From the NCBI GenBank assembly GCA_947478395.1, contig CANJVR010000002.1, positions 96,001-160,000 on the forward strand: DNA of 64,000 bases, written 5' to 3'. Below, piece by piece: positions 20,922 to 30,587 of this stretch. Within the stretch, counting starts at the first letter, position 1; the number at the start of each line of letters is the position of its first letter. The position numbers were made by a program, and so were the translations under genes. This stretch comes from Opitutia bacterium. GTDB taxonomy: Bacteria > Verrucomicrobiota > Verrucomicrobiia > Opitutales > Opitutaceae. The notes under the pieces were generated by a model, which was given only the letters and a program-made list of their open reading frames with translations, ran no database searches and had not been told where the DNA came from.

Positions 20922-23900
20922 CTACGGCATCCACGGCCGGGGTGGGGCCGCGAGCGTGAAGTCCGTCATCTCGAGCGTGAGGTTGGGGTTGTAGGCGGGA
21001 TCGTGTTTCAATTCCTTTGCCCAACGTTTCATCATCGTTTCTACCTCGGCGCGGAAGCGTTCGTGTTTTTCGGGTGTGTCCTCGGCGCCGCGGCTGACCG
21101 ATTCGTGATGGTAGAGCTCGGCAAACGGGGTCCAGAGGTTGCGGTAGCCCGCCGCACGGACCTTCAGGCAAAAATCGATATCGTTAAACGCGACCGAAAG
21201 ATGCTTGTCATCGAGCCCGCCGACTTCGTCGAAGATACTTTTCTGAATCACGAGGCACGCTGCGGTGACCGCACCGAAGTTTTGAACGAGCCGGGCCCGA
21301 TTAAAAACGCCCTCGGTATTGCGGGGAAAATCGCGGAAGGCGTGGCCGGCCACGCCGCCCAGACCGATGATGACACCAGCGTGTTGAATGGTTTCGTTTG
21401 GGTAGTAAAGCATCGCGCCGACACAGCCGATACCGGGCCGGAGGGCCTGTGAGACCATTTCGTCGAGCCAGTCGCCGTTGATCACCTCGAGGTCGTTATT
21501 GAGCAGACCGAGTACCGAGCCGCGTGCGGACTTGGCGGCGAAATTATTGATCGCGCTGTAGTTGAACGGGGCTGCGTAGGGCAGAACTCGAACCGATATG
21601 GTGGTTTTGAGTTTTGGATTTTGAGTTTTACGTTCTGCAGCAATCAGTCGGAGGTATTCGAGCGTTGCCGGGTCATCAGAGCCGTTGTCGATGATGACGA
21701 TCTCGTAGTTCGGATACGTGGTTTTCTGCAGGATACTGTCGACGCACTGTTGCAGGAATTTCAGGCCGTTCCGTGTGGGGATCAGGAGCGACACGAGCGG
21801 CGGCTGAGCCGGCAGCGGATATTTCACCCGCCAGTGATCGCCGGGTACGGGGATGAGTTCGATGGGCTGATTGAGTCGCGCGAAATGATCGGTGAGCGCA
21901 CGTCGCGCGGCCTCGACGGGATAATTTTTTTCGCTGGCCATCAGCGCAGTGGAACCGGGAATCGCGCGCCAGTGATAGAGCACTTTGGGGATATGGCGGA
22001 TGCGTGATTGATCCTTGATCAGGCTCACGATGCGGAGCGCGAGATCCCAGTCTTGAGAGCCTTCGTAGCCCACACGGAAGCCGCCGGCCTCGCGCACAAG
22101 CGCGGCCCGGTAAACCGTTAAATGCGACGTGTAGTTTTGCGCGAGGAAAAGGTCGGGAAGAAAATCAGGTTTGAAGTATGGTTCGTGGCGGTGGCCCTCT
22201 TCGTCGATTTTATCCTCATCGCTGTAGATGAAATCGGTGTCGGGGTGCGCATTGAGCAGCGTAACAACTTCGTGCAACGCGTGCCGGGTGAGCTCGTCGT
22301 CGTGATCCAGCAGGGCGATGAACTCGCCGGTCGCGAGCGCGAGGGCCGAGTTCGACGCGGCGGAGATGTGACCGTTCTTCTCGCGGAAGCAGACTTTGAT
22401 GCGGGGATCGTCCGCGGCGTAATGCTCCAACAGCGGGCGAATGTGCGGCGCGGTCGAGGCGTCGTCGGCGAGACAGAGCTCCCAGTTGCTGTAGGTTTGT
22501 TGGCCCACCGAAGCGATGGTTTTGTTGAGCCATTTCTCCGGCGTATTATAGACTGGTACAATGATCGAGATCAGCGGGCGCCGAGGCAGGTGGCGGCTGC
22601 TTTCGCGCAGCGCACTGATGCGGTCGTTGGAGAGCGTGTCGTAGGTCGTGACCCAGCGCTCGTACGAGGTGAGCTCGGCAATGTCGAACGCCGCGCCGAC
22701 TTGGAGTTCATTGCGGAAAAACACCTGCCAGCGCCCTTCGACGTCGCCGACTTCGAGGACGATGAACGTGTCGCCATCGAGCAGTTCGACTTCGACTTTC
22801 CATCCGCAATATTCGGCCTGCGGTTTGTCACGGATGGAGGCGAGTACGTCCATCCGCTTGAGTCCGTACACGCCCGGGTACGTGCGGGTGTTGATGGTGG
22901 CGCGAATGTGTTTGAGATGGGTGCCGTCGTCGGCGAAGCACCAGCCGCGAATGGAAAGTTTGCGTGGGGCGAAGCCCCAGCGATTCGGGTAATCGACGCT
23001 GAACGGCAGCGCGCGCTCGGCGGGCGCGCGAAATTGCGTCAAGGCTGCGGGTAGATCCGGCAGCGCGGGCGCATCGATTACCGGCCAGGGCGGCAACGCC
23101 GGACTCGCGGCGGGTTTGAAGAATTGGCGTCGCAGGGCGCGTAGCGGCGCGGTGACCTGCCAGGAAAAACTGCGCTGCATGATACGGATTTTTTCGTCGC
23201 GCTGACGGATGATGTCGTCGCGCTGACGAATGATTTCGAATTGCTCGCGCAGGCGTGAGCCGACTTCGGCGATGGCGCGCGCGCTCTGATCAGCGAGTGC
23301 GGCGCCCTGGTTGCGGAGCTCGTTGATTTGGTGATGGGCAAAATCGAGCTGGTTCTGCAACTGCTGGCGCACGCCCTCGAGACGGTCGACCTCCAGGGCA
23401 AGCGCGGCCATTTGTTTGCGCGCGCTGGAGAGCAGGGTCTCGGCTTGGATGCGGAGGACCTCGCTCCGCTCGAACTGCGGACGTAGACTGTTGAGCGAGT
23501 GATCGAGATTTTCAGAATGCTGCCGGGTCGATTTTAGCGCGGCTTCGAGTTGGGCCACGTGTTGGGTGGTGAGGCGCTGCGATTCCTCGATTTGGACCGC
23601 GACTTGGGCCGCGTGCTGGGAAGTGAGGCGCTGCGATTCTTCGAGTTGGGAGACGTGTTTGGAAGTGAGGCGCTGCGATTCTTCGAGTTGGGCGACGTGT
23701 TGGGAAGTGAGGCGCTGCGTTTCTTCGAGTTGGGCCACGTGCTCGGCAGAGAGGCGTCGGGCGTCGGCGGCGATCTGCTCGAGATTGCTGGCGTGCTGGG
23801 TGGTGAGTTCGCGGTAGCGTTGGTGGTGACGTTCGGCCTCGACCAGTTCGGCCGCTTTCGCGGCGAATTGCCGGGCCTGAAGTCCGCGAGTGGCATCGAG

Positions 23901-25283
23901 GGAGAGTTCGAGCTGCTCGATGAGCAAACGGAGATGGGCGAGTTCCGGGGCGAGGGGCGTGGGCGCGAGGGCTTCGGCGCGGGCGGCGAGCAGGGCGGTT
24001 TCGGTTGAGGCGGGATCGGAGACGAGGGACCAGTCGGTGGCGGACGGACGCGTGAGGGTCGTTTTGTAGAAATCGGTGAGCCCGTGGGTCGTGACGCTGG
24101 CGTCGAAGTGGCGATGGGCGAAGGCGACCGCATTCGTGGCCAGACGGGCGCAGAGCGCGGGGTCATTGAAGAGGCGCGTGCAGATGTCGGCGATTTCCTC
24201 GGGTGCACCGGTCTGCAGGAAAGTCGCGTCGCGGCCATCCTGCATCAGCAGGGCAAGATTGGTGTTCGGTAGGACGACAGGTTTGCCAGTGGCGAGAAAC
24301 TCCGGGAGTTTCGAGGGCAGGCGGAAATCGTTGAACGCGCCAGGATGGCCTGGTTGCACGAGGACATCGGCTAGGGCCAGGAGGTGGGGCAGCCGGGCTT
24401 TTTCGATGAAGCCCAGATCGAGGACGAACTCCTTGTAGTCGAAGGCGAGCGAGGACAGGAACGTGGGCGAGTTGAAGCCGGTGCGGATGAGGCGGGTGGG
24501 CGTGCCGCGCTGGTTGAGGAGGGCAACGGCGAGGTAGAGCTCGCGCATCTCGGGCTCGTTTGCGAAGGTATTGGAGCCGGTGAAGACGAGAATTTTTTCT
24601 CCGGGTCGCAACCCGAGATCGGAGCGTAGAGACTTATTTGGCTTATCGGTCCCATTCGCCCTATAGAGGTCAAAATCGACCGGAGGAAACAGCAGGTGGC
24701 TCGGAACTTCTGACGGAATATGCGCCCGGAGTTTCTCGACGATGTGTGTGACGCCGTCGGCGATGCGGAGAAAACTTTCGTGGCGCAGTGGGTGGGGGAG
24801 GCCGTCGACGAGCCAGCGATCGATCGAGTCGGGCGGCGCGGTGCGCAGTTGGGCGAAGGGCGTGCCCGTGTAGGCCTCGAGCAGGTAGCGTTCGTTGTCC
24901 TCGAGGTGGATGATGAGGCGCGCCGGACATTTCAGCGCCCGTTGGTAGCCGAGGACGAATTTCCGCACGCCCTCGCGCGGGGTCCAGGCGTGAATCAGGT
25001 CGGCCGGACGGGCGTCGGGAAAAAGGCCGGGTTTGGCGAGGGCTTCCGCGAAGGTGGCGGGAATAAACAGCGGATTGCGGATGGCTGAGATCGTTTCGCG
25101 GCCGGACGGGACGGCGACCACGCACGCGTGGCCGGCGGCGCAAAGCGCGTTCGCGAAGCCGGCAATGTGGTTGAGGCTGTTGGTGGTAAAGTCGCCGTAG
25201 TTGACGAAAAGGATGTTCACGAGGGAGGTCGGAAGCGGAGAGGAACGGAGAAGGGGGGAGGATGTTTCAGACGGTAGATCCAA
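20922..25283 (-). CDS. Large multidomain glycosyltransferase: GT4-like, coiled coil, Ig-like linker, two GT2 domains
   Basis: PSKLPEFLATGKP (GT4); heptad-rich middle; IIVPVYN..LDHDD..YSDEDK and LIPTRN..LLNND (tandem GT2); true start may be GTG 25220. Confidence 0.85.
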   Translation of the reverse strand: MDLPSETSSPLLRSSPLPTSLVNILFVNYGDFTTNSLNHIAGFANALCAAGHACVVAVPSGRETISAIRNPLFIPATFAEALAKPGLFPDARPADLIHAWTPREGVRKFVLGYQRALKCPARLIIHLEDNERYLLEAYTGTPFAQLRTAPPDSIDRWLVDGLPHPLRHESFLRIADGVTHIVEKLRAHIPSEVPSHLLFPPVDFDLYRANGTDKPNKSLRSDLGLRPGEKILVFTGSNTFANEPEMRELYLAVALLNQRGTPTRLIRTGFNSPTFLSSLAFDYKEFVLDLGFIEKARLPHLLALADVLVQPGHPGAFNDFRLPSKLPEFLATGKPVVLPNTNLALLMQDGRDATFLQTGAPEEIADICTRLFNDPALCARLATNAVAFAHRHFDASVTTHGLTDFYKTTLTRPSATDWSLVSDPASTETALLAARAEALAPTPLAPELAHLRLLIEQLELSLDATRGLQARQFAAKAAELVEAERHHQRYRELTTQHASNLEQIAADARRLSAEHVAQLEETQRLTSQHVAQLEESQRLTSKHVSQLEESQRLTSQHAAQVAVQIEESQRLTTQHVAQLEAALKSTRQHSENLDHSLNSLRPQFERSEVLRIQAETLLSSARKQMAALALEVDRLEGVRQQLQNQLDFAHHQINELRNQGAALADQSARAIAEVGSRLREQFEIIRQRDDIIRQRDEKIRIMQRSFSWQVTAPLRALRRQFFKPAASPALPPWPVIDAPALPDLPAALTQFRAPAERALPFSVDYPNRWGFAPRKLSIRGWCFADDGTHLKHIRATINTRTYPGVYGLKRMDVLASIRDKPQAEYCGWKVEVELLDGDTFIVLEVGDVEGRWQVFFRNELQVGAAFDIAELTSYERWVTTYDTLSNDRISALRESSRHLPRRPLISIIVPVYNTPEKWLNKTIASVGQQTYSNWELCLADDASTAPHIRPLLEHYAADDPRIKVCFREKNGHISAASNSALALATGEFIALLDHDDELTRHALHEVVTLLNAHPDTDFIYSDEDKIDEEGHRHEPYFKPDFLPDLFLAQNYTSHLTVYRAALVREAGGFRVGYEGSQDWDLALRIVSLIKDQSRIRHIPKVLYHWRAIPGSTALMASEKNYPVEAARRALTDHFARLNQPIELIPVPGDHWRVKYPLPAQPPLVSLLIPTRNGLKFLQQCVDSILQKTTYPNYEIVIIDNGSDDPATLEYLRLIAAERKTQNPKLKTTISVRVLPYAAPFNYSAINNFAAKSARGSVLGLLNNDLEVINGDWLDEMVSQALRPGIGCVGAMLYYPNETIQHAGVIIGLGGVAGHAFRDFPRNTEGVFNRARLVQNFGAVTAACLVIQKSIFDEVGGLDDKHLSVAFNDIDFCLKVRAAGYRNLWTPFAELYHHESVSRGAEDTPEKHERFRAEVETMMKRWAKELKHDPAYNPNLTLEMTDFTLAAPPRPWMP
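23544..23746 (-). repeat. In-frame 42-bp (14-aa) tandem repeat within the coiled coil
   Basis: About 4-5 units of SQRLTSQHVAQLEE-like sequence. Confidence 0.9.
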
Positions 25284-25468
25284 AGATGGTCATTCTGGGC
25301 GCACGGAAGAATACAGGAAGATTTTGAAGCGAGTACAGCTAGGTCCGAATGGATTCCTGGCTGCGCTCAGAAGTATAGCCGGGTTCGTGAAAGGCTTTAA
25401 TGGGCTAAAAATAAAAAGGCAGACCAGCGACGGTGCGCGGGTCTGCCGGAGAGGTAAATGCGGATTTT

Positions 25469-26188
25469 TTAGAGTTTAAATCCCGCGGAGGTCGAGTCGG
25501 CGACGAACATCTTGACGGTGTCCAAGGACAAGGCTGTTAGGTCGAAACCGATCATCTTTGCGGCCTTGGCGAGGATGTCGTGCGGTACGGTGATGATCTT
25601 GCAACCGGCTTCGTCGGCTTGGAACAGGTTTAGCACTTCGCGCGTGCTGGCCCAGAGGAGTTCGGCTTTCGGCAAACCCTCGAGGAGCGCGCCGCTGGCC
25701 CGCATGATCGGCATCGGGTCGACGCCGGTGTCGGCGATGCGACCGGCAAACACGGAGACGACGGCCGGTACGTCAGGATTGAGTGCCTCGGCGACGCCTC
25801 GGACTTGAGCCAGGGTGAGGAGCGCGGTGACGTTGAGCTTCACGCCTTGCCGGCCGAGCTCCTTGATGAGAGGGAGACAGGATTCTCCTTTGGAGTTGGT
25901 GATCGGAATTTTGGTGTAAACGTTTTTACCCCACGAAGTGATCATGAGCGCCTGGCGTTTCATATCGACGATGTCGTCGGTGAAAACTTCGAGAGAGATG
26001 GGCTTGGCGGTGACGGACTGGAGGATATCTTTGGCGAACGCCTCGTAGTCCTTGATGCCGGCTTTCTTCATCAGGCTCGGATTGGTGGTGAGACCCTTGA
26101 TATAGGGCTTGGCGTAGAGATCGAGGATGCCGGCTTTGTCGGCGCCGTCGGCATAAAGATGAACTTTGAGATCGTTGATGGATTTCAT
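25469..26188 (-). CDS. tal: Transaldolase (short form)
   Basis: YADGAD, GLTTNPSLM, TKIP, LNVTA, SVFAGRIADTG, LLWASTRE. Confidence 0.9.
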   Translation of the reverse strand: MKSINDLKVHLYADGADKAGILDLYAKPYIKGLTTNPSLMKKAGIKDYEAFAKDILQSVTAKPISLEVFTDDIVDMKRQALMITSWGKNVYTKIPITNSKGESCLPLIKELGRQGVKLNVTALLTLAQVRGVAEALNPDVPAVVSVFAGRIADTGVDPMPIMRASGALLEGLPKAELLWASTREVLNLFQADEAGCKIITVPHDILAKAAKMIGFDLTALSLDTVKMFVADSTSAGFKL

Positions 26189-26263
26189 GAGTTTAGAGCA
26201 GAGAGTGAGCTTTTTGGATTCCGCGCGGGCAAGGTTTTAGTGAGTAGCGCGCGCGGTTGGATT

Positions 26264-26340
26264 TTGGGCGGGAGACTCTCAACCGGGGGCGATGGTGCCG
26301 GCCGGATCACGTTTATGCGGGGTGGGGGCACCCCGCCTAC
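26264..26340. repeat. REP family 2 doublet
   Basis: 26317-26340 is the reverse complement of gtaggcggggtgcccccaccccgc; degenerate inverted partner near 26265-26288. Confidence 0.6.
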
Positions 26341-26377
26341 GTTGATGACAAAGCCGGACTAAAGACCCGCCATCGGG

Positions 26378-28270
26378 TCAGGCGGCTTTTTTAAAACTCA
26401 GCCAGTTTTCAACGGGCCGCAGGGCGAGGCCGATCAAGAGCAGCTGACTGGCCACAAATGCTGACAGCGCGACGAACGCGGCGTCGGTGAAACCGTAGCT
26501 GTGCAGGCCGACGCCGAGCATATTCGTGCCGAACCAGCTCCAGCTCGTGACGATGTTGCCGAAGACGGCGAGCGCCATGAGTCCGCGGGTTTTCACGAGG
26601 CCGCCCCAGCGGGCATGCAGAATAAGGGCATTCCACAGCACGATGATGAGCGCGCCGTTTTCTTTCGGGTCCCAGCCCCAAAAGCGGCCCCACGACTGGT
26701 CGGCCCAGATGCCGCCGAGTACGGTGCCGACGAAACTGAAAAGCGTGGCGAAACACACGACGCCGTAAACCATGCGGCTCAGCGCATCGCCGGTGGCCTT
26801 GTCGAGCGAGCGGGTGAACTGGCCGCGGACAATGTAAATGATGGCGAGAAACCCGGCGAGGAACGTCGCCGCATAACCCGTCGCTACGATCACCACATGG
26901 GTCGCGAGCCAAAAGTTGGAGTCGAGTACGGCCCGCATCATTTCGAGCGTGTCACCACTGAGCGAAAGATGATGCGCGATCAGCAGCGTCGCGAAACCGA
27001 TGAGCCCGGCGGCAACGCTGCCGATGGCGTTTTTGTAGATTGCCTCGAGAAAGAGGCAGAGTCCGACCGAACCCCAGCCCACGAAAAGCGCGGAAGAATA
27101 AAGGTTAGTTACCGGCGGCCGGCCTTCGAGCCACATGCGCGTGATGATACCTGCGGTCGTGGCGAGCCAGGCCAGAGCGACGAGGTAAAAGGCTGCGCGA
27201 CTTAATTCCTGCGGCCATTTCAACCAGGAGACGATGGCGAGGAGGAAGGCGGCCACGTAGAGGGTCATGCTGGCATAAAAAGGTCCGATCGCGTTGAACT
27301 GGACCTCGGCTTCGACCTTCACGAGGCGCGGGCCGAAGGGTTTCTCGAGCGTGGCCCGATAAAGCGAAAGCAGTTTGTTAAACTCCGGAGCTTGATGTTG
27401 GCGCCAGGCGTAGCCGAGTCCGGCGTAGGCGAGGACGGTCGAGTTAATGGTCCCGGACTGAAACGAGCTGAGTAAGGTTTGGCCGACCGATTGCCATCTC
27501 TCCGGATTGTTCGTCGGATTGTCCGGCGGCACGGCGAGGATATTGGTCGTGCTGGCCATGAAGTCATAACGTTGCCCGAGATCGAGGATCGCGGTCAGCG
27601 TTGCTTCGTCGTGAGGCTGGCCGGCTTGTTTCGCTTGGACGGCGGCGACACCCGCGGGCAGCAATTTTTCGAAACGCCGGAGTTCACTCAGAAAATCGTC
27701 GGACTCGGCCATCGCGAGGGTGTACTTCAGTCGATGATAACTGGAGAGCGCACCGTAGAGCTGGATCGTGGCGCGCTGGAACGAAGTCCGGACGGCGGCC
27801 TCGACCGGCTCGGCCAGTTTGTACTGGCGGGTGAGCTCGGACAATTTTGGTCCGAGCTGCGCGAAGCTGAAGCGTTTTCCGCCGGCGCCGGCGTCCGGGC
27901 TGAGATCGAATAGTCCGAGCAATTCCGGATGGACGATCTCGAAAACCTGATAGGTATCTGCGACCTTGCTGTTGTAGAGAACGTCGAGCAGCCACTCCAT
28001 CGGGTTGATGGTTAGACCGGCGGGCGTCGTGACGGTTTGGCGGCCTTGAAACAGCAGCAACGAGCTGCGGGCGACGGTGTCGAGCGGCTTGAGCCGGCCA
28101 TTGAGCAAAACCGGCAGACGGCCGAAACCGGCGAGGTCGAAGGGCGAGACGACGCGGCTCGCGGACATTTTCCCGGCGTCGTAGGGCTCGTAGAATTTCT
28201 GCGGACGCAGTTTGCTGCCGAGGTAAAGAACGCTCACCGCGAGCACGATCAGAGCGAAGTATTTTTTCAT
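26378..28270 (-). CDS. ccsA: Cytochrome c biogenesis protein CcsA (system II) with large N-terminal soluble domain
   Basis: WADQSWGRFWGWDPKE WWD motif, WLATHV, GLHSY; multiple TM segments. Confidence 0.9.
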   Translation of the reverse strand: MKKYFALIVLAVSVLYLGSKLRPQKFYEPYDAGKMSASRVVSPFDLAGFGRLPVLLNGRLKPLDTVARSSLLLFQGRQTVTTPAGLTINPMEWLLDVLYNSKVADTYQVFEIVHPELLGLFDLSPDAGAGGKRFSFAQLGPKLSELTRQYKLAEPVEAAVRTSFQRATIQLYGALSSYHRLKYTLAMAESDDFLSELRRFEKLLPAGVAAVQAKQAGQPHDEATLTAILDLGQRYDFMASTTNILAVPPDNPTNNPERWQSVGQTLLSSFQSGTINSTVLAYAGLGYAWRQHQAPEFNKLLSLYRATLEKPFGPRLVKVEAEVQFNAIGPFYASMTLYVAAFLLAIVSWLKWPQELSRAAFYLVALAWLATTAGIITRMWLEGRPPVTNLYSSALFVGWGSVGLCLFLEAIYKNAIGSVAAGLIGFATLLIAHHLSLSGDTLEMMRAVLDSNFWLATHVVIVATGYAATFLAGFLAIIYIVRGQFTRSLDKATGDALSRMVYGVVCFATLFSFVGTVLGGIWADQSWGRFWGWDPKENGALIIVLWNALILHARWGGLVKTRGLMALAVFGNIVTSWSWFGTNMLGVGLHSYGFTDAAFVALSAFVASQLLLIGLALRPVENWLSFKKAA

Positions 28271-28285
28271 ACGATTAGGCGTTGA

Positions 28286-29464
28286 TCACGCGGGTTGATT
28301 CGAGGCTAGACGCCGGCGTTGGCCGAAGAAGCCGACGAGGTGAATCAAAAACTGAATGACCAGGCCCAGCGTCATGAGTCCGCAGGCGATATAAGGCAGC
28401 AGCCAGCTCGGATTCCGCACGACTTGCAGGATGGTGTACTTCTCGTGCTCGTGGTCGTAGTCCGCCTGAAAGAACGTGAGACCGGCGTAACGCAGCGGAT
28501 TGTTCATATAAATGAGAACCTCGCGGTCTTCGCGCCCGTCGGGGGTGGTGAGTCGGACCCGGCTGGAGAAATTCTTGGGAATCTCGGTGCCGGCGTAGCG
28601 ATCGAAGGAGAATTTCAGCAGCGTCATCCCGAACGGTTTGTAGTTACGCTGGAACCGGAAAACGATTTTCCACGAGCGACCGCCGTATTCGAAGCTTTGT
28701 GGATTCGGCATCATCGGCGAAACGAGCCACGTGCCCAGGGTACCTTCCGGTGCCACCAATTCGACGTAGGCCGCCGGCAGATTGCGGCTTTTTTCATCCG
28801 TAGCGGGAGCCATCGGGATGAGTTCGATATTCGGACCGACTCCCGTCGTGGCCGGAGAAGGCGGAGCGCCGGCCGGGAGCGCACCCTGGCGCATGCGGAG
28901 ATCCGCGTTGGGATAATAAATCTTGGGCACCACGCGAAAAGGCAGTTTCGGGTGCTGCAAGGCAGTGCCCTTTGCGATCATCTGCTCGGGAATTGCGACG
29001 ACGTCGTCGAACTTCGGATCGGTCACGTCGGTGATGGCGACTTCGTTGAAACGATAGCTCTCCGAATAATTCTTCGATTCACCCTCGTTGATCTGCAGGC
29101 TGTACTCTTCCTGCCACAGCCCGCTCAGAAGTTCGCCCAAAAGCAGCAGAATCAATCCGACGTGCGTGAGCCAGATACCCGATTTTTTTCCAGAAAATTT
29201 GAACCGCGAAGCCTGCGCACCGATCAGATTGATCATGAGCAGACCGCCGATGAGGTAGCCGCCGGGGAAGACCGGGACCGGAATATCGCCGACGCGCCAG
29301 AGTACGAAGAGCGAGTGAAAATATTTCTGCTGCACGGCATAGATGCCGAGATTTACCTGATCCAGCGTCGCCGCGAAAATCAGCAGGATCGAAAATGCCA
29401 ACAGGGCGACCGTGAGCTTGAGCGAAACGAAAAAGTCACGGAACTGGCGGACAAGATCGCTCAT
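28286..29464 (-). CDS. ResB/CcsB-like cytochrome c biogenesis protein
   Basis: N-terminal TMs with THVG histidine, IPKNFSS, IYMNNPLRYAG, C-terminal TM; adjacent to ccsA. Confidence 0.8.
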   Translation of the reverse strand: MSDLVRQFRDFFVSLKLTVALLAFSILLIFAATLDQVNLGIYAVQQKYFHSLFVLWRVGDIPVPVFPGGYLIGGLLMINLIGAQASRFKFSGKKSGIWLTHVGLILLLLGELLSGLWQEEYSLQINEGESKNYSESYRFNEVAITDVTDPKFDDVVAIPEQMIAKGTALQHPKLPFRVVPKIYYPNADLRMRQGALPAGAPPSPATTGVGPNIELIPMAPATDEKSRNLPAAYVELVAPEGTLGTWLVSPMMPNPQSFEYGGRSWKIVFRFQRNYKPFGMTLLKFSFDRYAGTEIPKNFSSRVRLTTPDGREDREVLIYMNNPLRYAGLTFFQADYDHEHEKYTILQVVRNPSWLLPYIACGLMTLGLVIQFLIHLVGFFGQRRRLASNQPA

Positions 29465-30153
29465 GGCGTCGCCGCGGGCACGCGAATGGTTTTCAGGAAG
29501 GCATCGAAGGCGGGCTTTTCGCGGGTCAGAAGCGCGGGCGGTCCGGTGAATTTAAAAAACCACGTCGCGCCTGCGCTCGGTACCATCGCTCCGAGCACGC
29601 GCTGCGGCCCTCCGTCAGGCCCTTTCCCAGTGAAGTCGACGACCGCCCTAGCGAGGCCGTTTTGTTCGGAACGGACCATGGCGGTCGCTAGCTCGGCCGG
29701 CGACAATGGAGGCAATTGAATTTGCCCGCGCCAGCGATTCACGTTCGCCAGTTCGCCGCCGACATCGCCCGGGAAAGCCGTAATCGAAAGCTCAGCAACT
29801 GCGCCACCGTCGCCATTCGCGACGTAGGTGGCCTTACGCATTGCCGAAGCCGGTTTCGAAACCCAGTGGCTCGGAGCGGTCCAACTAAGCCCTTCGCCCG
29901 ATGCCGTGGGCACCGCGGTATTTGCCATGGGGGCGCTGCCGGTCGGCCCGCTCGGAGCGGGCGCGGCCGGTGCGGCAGCGGAGGCCGAAGGACCAGCCGC
30001 TGCGCCGCCGGCTGCGGGCATCGCGGCCGGCATCTCCAGCGCTTTTTCCTTCGGAATGCGGTACGAGGTCACTTCACGATCGCGGCAGCCGGAGGAAAAA
30101 GCGCACAGCAACAGGATGCTGGACGCGCAAAAGGAAAAGGTGGGGTGGCGCAT
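29461..30153 (-). CDS. Hypothetical lipoprotein coupled to the ccs genes
   Basis: Lipobox-like FSSGC, Ala/Pro linker, ANVNRWRGQ, TWFFKFTGP; 4-bp overlap with resB-like gene. Confidence 0.7.
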   Translation of the reverse strand: MRHPTFSFCASSILLLCAFSSGCRDREVTSYRIPKEKALEMPAAMPAAGGAAAGPSASAAAPAAPAPSGPTGSAPMANTAVPTASGEGLSWTAPSHWVSKPASAMRKATYVANGDGGAVAELSITAFPGDVGGELANVNRWRGQIQLPPLSPAELATAMVRSEQNGLARAVVDFTGKGPDGGPQRVLGAMVPSAGATWFFKFTGPPALLTREKPAFDAFLKTIRVPAATP

Positions 30154-30392
30154 GGGAGAGTGCAGTCTATCGATTACTTACGGAGTTCAACCCTATCCGT
30201 GAAAGTATCAGCAGCGCACGTGTTCGCGCGGAACGAACTGATGAGTGGCCGCAGGATCGAAGGTTGAGCCAAAACGCGCCCGGACTTCGTGGCGCAACCC
30301 TCGTCGCGCAGGAAAACGCCATTAGGCCTGAAAGCACGGCGGTAAAATTTTATCAATATTCGGACGGCCTTGCACCTTCACGAAGGTGCGGT

Positions 30393-30587
30393 GGGCGTCG
30401 GAGCACCGGTGGTGACGAATTTCGGGCCCGAGGTACTGTACACCGTATCGGCCCCCCCCTTCGGGCTAACTTTCGCGGCGTCCTGCACGGTTAAGGAGTA
30501 ATTGTCCCGGGCACCGGCGCGCCGCCCGCGGTAGTTCAGCGTGAGGACCCAAAGGCAGATGTGGTTAATCGCATAGGCTCCACGCCC
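30393..30587 (+). ncRNA. Putative 6S RNA-like long-hairpin ncRNA
   Basis: About 190 nt, non-coding; nested pairings gggcgt/acgccc, ggagc/gctcc, gtggtgac/gttaatcgc, tttcgggccc/ggacccaaa, ctgtacaccg/cggtagttcag; followed by a terminator. Confidence 0.5.

Noticed and set aside
23544..23746. 42-bp repeats as a CRISPR array
   Set aside because: Tandem with no unique spacers, in frame in a CDS, and no cas genes in the window
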